From the NCBI GenBank assembly GCA_965203165.1, contig OZ241849.1, forward strand, positions 1,281,267-1,345,266: 64,000 nucleotides of DNA, given 5' to 3'. Below the pieces are notes generated by a model. That model was given only the letters and a program-made list of their open reading frames with translations. It was not told where the DNA came from and searched no databases. A program made the translations under genes and the position numbers. Positions 62,060 through 64,000 of the stretch are shown piece after piece. Each line of letters starts with the position of its first letter. Position 1 is the stretch's first letter. The stretch comes from Dehalococcoidia bacterium. Lineage in GTDB: Bacteria; Chloroflexota; Dehalococcoidia; Bin125.

Positions 62060-63267
62060 GATCCCGCCCTCACCGTGCAAGACACCCAATTCGGGTCAAC
62101 CCGAAATTCGGGATCTGGTTGATCATTCTCGTGCAGCGCCCGCCGGGCATCCTGAATCCCGTACCCGAACCGTTGCACCAGGCCGAGCGCTCGCATCGTC
62201 TCGGTCAGATTCGGATTGCGGTAATCTACCGCCTCGGGCTGGCCGAAGGTTTCCTTCGTTACGATACCGTACGGACCTCCCGGACTCATGATCTCCACCC
62301 GGTCATCGTACCAGTAGACCCGCACCGGCGCATTCGTCGACTCGTAGGTCCGATGCATCACAGCGTTCCGCGTCAACTGTTGCAGCGCAAACAGCGGGTA
62401 GCTCGAATGGCGCTGCTCGACCGGCCCCGACCGAATGTCGATGCTTGTCCTGATATGCGCGCGCAGCTTTTCGTCCAGGCGGCGAATCACTTGGGCAATC
62501 GGCCCGTCGTATTGCCCTTCATCGACGATCTCGTCGCCAAGCTTCTGCCCCGCAATTCGCAAGAACTGGACGTACGCGCCGGGGAAGAAATCCAGCGGGC
62601 TCTTGCCGAGCGTCAGAATGCCGGTTACCGTCGGCGTGGGATCAGACACCGAGATGATCATTTTGGTTGCCGCCAGGCGCTCTTCCACCGTGCGATCGTT
62701 TCGCGCCAGCAATTCCGGATTGACCGCCGCGATCAGATACTCCCCCTCAAAGCGGAGCAAGTCGAGATCCGCGATCCGCGCCCGCCGCACCGGCTGCGCG
62801 TCGAAGTATCGATCCAGATACCAACGCCGCTCGTTCAAAATCCGCTCGTCTTGCGCGGTCGCGACCCGACACGTTGGGCCGATGCGAACCACAATCCGCC
62901 CCTGATAGCTGACGGGCGGCGAGTCCGACGGGTGAACCGTCACCACTGCCACCTCATCGCCTCGCAGCGTGCGTTTTTCGACGGACAAGGTAGGCGGCGG
63001 CACGATGTTGCCGTCCGACCGTACGTTACTCAGGTTAGTCAGCAGACCATCCGAAATGTCGAGCCCGTTCGGCTGTCCTGCGTTGTCCACGCCCACAAAC
63101 ACGACACCGGCGCGCCGATGATTCGCCAGGTCATTCGCGAATCCGCATACCGCCTCGCGAATCCGCTTCCCGGACTCCCGGCTGAGTAATTCCTTGAATT
63201 CCACGGATTCGCCTTCGCCCGCGGCCAGCATCCCCTCCAACTCCGCATCCGAGTATGTCCCGGCCAT
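62056..63267 (-). CDS. AlbA_2 (Schlafen-like) DNA-binding domain plus HATPase_c_4 protein (often annotated as RecG-like or transcriptional regulator)
   Basis: N-terminal ESVEFKELLS...REAVCGFANDLANHRRAGVVFVGVDNAG (AlbA_2 pattern). C-terminal VRVYWYDDRVEIMSPGGP (HATPase_c_4 pattern). Confidence 0.55.
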   Translation of the reverse strand: MAGTYSDAELEGMLAAGEGESVEFKELLSRESGKRIREAVCGFANDLANHRRAGVVFVGVDNAGQPNGLDISDGLLTNLSNVRSDGNIVPPPTLSVEKRTLRGDEVAVVTVHPSDSPPVSYQGRIVVRIGPTCRVATAQDERILNERRWYLDRYFDAQPVRRARIADLDLLRFEGEYLIAAVNPELLARNDRTVEERLAATKMIISVSDPTPTVTGILTLGKSPLDFFPGAYVQFLRIAGQKLGDEIVDEGQYDGPIAQVIRRLDEKLRAHIRTSIDIRSGPVEQRHSSYPLFALQQLTRNAVMHRTYESTNAPVRVYWYDDRVEIMSPGGPYGIVTKETFGQPEAVDYRNPNLTETMRALGLVQRFGYGIQDARRALHENDQPDPEFRVDPNWVSCTVRAGS

Positions 63268-63279
63268 GCGTGGTCTCTT

Positions 63280-63885
63280 CTACTCCCCCGCCAGCTTAGC
63301 GCGGACTGGGGGCCAGAGTTGGGCGAACCTCGGCACGCTGCCTGGGGGAGTGGGGCGGGCCGCGAAGAAGCGGCCGCCGGGGCGGGTGCGCAGCTCGATC
63401 AGCAGCGGGCCGGGGGCGGCCAGCAGATCATCCAGCGCCGCATCCAACTCCTCCGCTTCCGAGAAGCTCGCCGTGGCGCGATAGCCCGCGCCGGCCGCCA
63501 GCGCCGCGAAATCGACCCGCTCCTCCGACGGCAGCGGCTGCGCGCCCGAAGTCTCGTAGACGCCGTTATGCACCACGAAATGCACGAAATTCTCCGCGCC
63601 CGTCCCCGCAATCGTGCCCAGCGAACCGAGCTGCATCATCAGCGAGCCGTCGCCGTCGATCACCCAGACCTCGCGCTCCGGCTGTGCCAGCGCCACGCCC
63701 AGACCGAGCGCGGATGCGCCGCCCATGAAGCCGATGCAGGCCAAATTCAGGTCGCCCGGCGCGCGCTCCGCCCAGAGGCCGTTGGCGGTCATCGTGCCCA
63801 CCACGACCTGGTCCGACCAGTGCCGCGCCAGCACATCCAGCGCCGCCTCCAGCGACATTCGCCCGCCCGCTTCCGCGCCGCTCAT
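63280..63885 (-). CDS. Thiamine-diphosphate enzyme, C-terminal (PP-binding) domain protein; sulfopyruvate/phosphonopyruvate decarboxylase beta-subunit-like
   Basis: GDGS...N TPP-binding motif (VIDGDGSLMMQLGSL...NGVYETSG). About 200 aa, typical of a split beta subunit. Confidence 0.55.
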   Translation of the reverse strand: MSGAEAGGRMSLEAALDVLARHWSDQVVVGTMTANGLWAERAPGDLNLACIGFMGGASALGLGVALAQPEREVWVIDGDGSLMMQLGSLGTIAGTGAENFVHFVVHNGVYETSGAQPLPSEERVDFAALAAGAGYRATASFSEAEELDAALDDLLAAPGPLLIELRTRPGGRFFAARPTPPGSVPRFAQLWPPVRAKLAGE

Positions 63886-64000
63886 GAGGTCGTCGCTCCG
63901 ACCAGCAGCGCGACCGGCCCCTCGCGCTCTTCGGCCTCTTCAAACGCCTCGCCCACGTAGTGCAAGTCCTCGACGCCGTCGAGCAGATGGCTCGGCACGC
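63882..64000 (-). CDS. Partial ORF: probable alpha subunit of the same split TPP decarboxylase (C-terminal end only)
   Basis: Reverse frame ...VPSHLLDGVEDLHYVGEAFEEAEEREGPVALLVGATTS* ends in TGA overlapping the ATG of the beta subunit (ATGA). Truncated by the window edge. Confidence 0.35.
   Translation of the reverse strand, partial: VPSHLLDGVEDLHYVGEAFEEAEEREGPVALLVGATTS

Noticed and set aside
63319-63960. Plus-strand 213-aa ORF over the TPP-enzyme genes
   Set aside because: Antisense to a gene with a clear TPP-binding motif; composition artefact.

Overview
The window is high-GC (about 70%) bacterial chromosome, 64 kb, with tightly packed genes on both strands; I could not place the organism and treat it only as a high-GC bacterium. 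Recognisable housekeeping content:
- a polar amino-acid ABC importer (two permeases and an ATPase, no binding-protein gene)
- amt-glnK (ammonium transporter and P-II protein)
- a fatty-acid synthesis cluster fabG-fabD-fabF-fabF-acpP
- truB-rbfA-infB-ylxR-nusA and proS
- ispG and uppP
- many paralogous metabolic enzymes: four family-III CoA-transferase genes (two are tandem double-domain fusions), two enoyl-CoA hydratases, a fumarylacetoacetate hydrolase-family enzyme, a HAD hydrolase, a type-B carboxylesterase, a flavin/F420-dependent oxidoreductase, a cyclase, a GMC oxidoreductase, a nitroreductase and an MFS transporter.

Interspersed are lower-GC accessory islets:
- a type II restriction-modification pair whose endonuclease carries an 18-nt homopolymer
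- an orphan HicB antitoxin
- a VapBC45-like pair (DUF433 and DUF5615 domains)
- a Uma2 endonuclease
- an Lhr-like helicase beside a translationally coupled two-gene NYN / NYN-S1x3 cassette
- a STAS-GHKL-DUF4325 fusion protein
- an AlbA_2/HATPase_c_4 plus ParA-like operon.

The most striking sequence-level feature is a family of composite repeats built on a 37-nt palindromic core (GCGGCGAGATACCCGCGGCRAGCGCGGGTATGACGGA). About 21 copies fall in five intergenic clusters, roughly 6% of the window, with nested 25-27 bp half-site iterations. Two of the clusters lie directly upstream of paralogous RCC1-repeat secreted proteins. I see no CRISPR array, rRNA or tRNA.

Many long ORFs in the supplied track are artefacts of high GC or of reading through the repeats; I re-derived the starts of several genes by hand.
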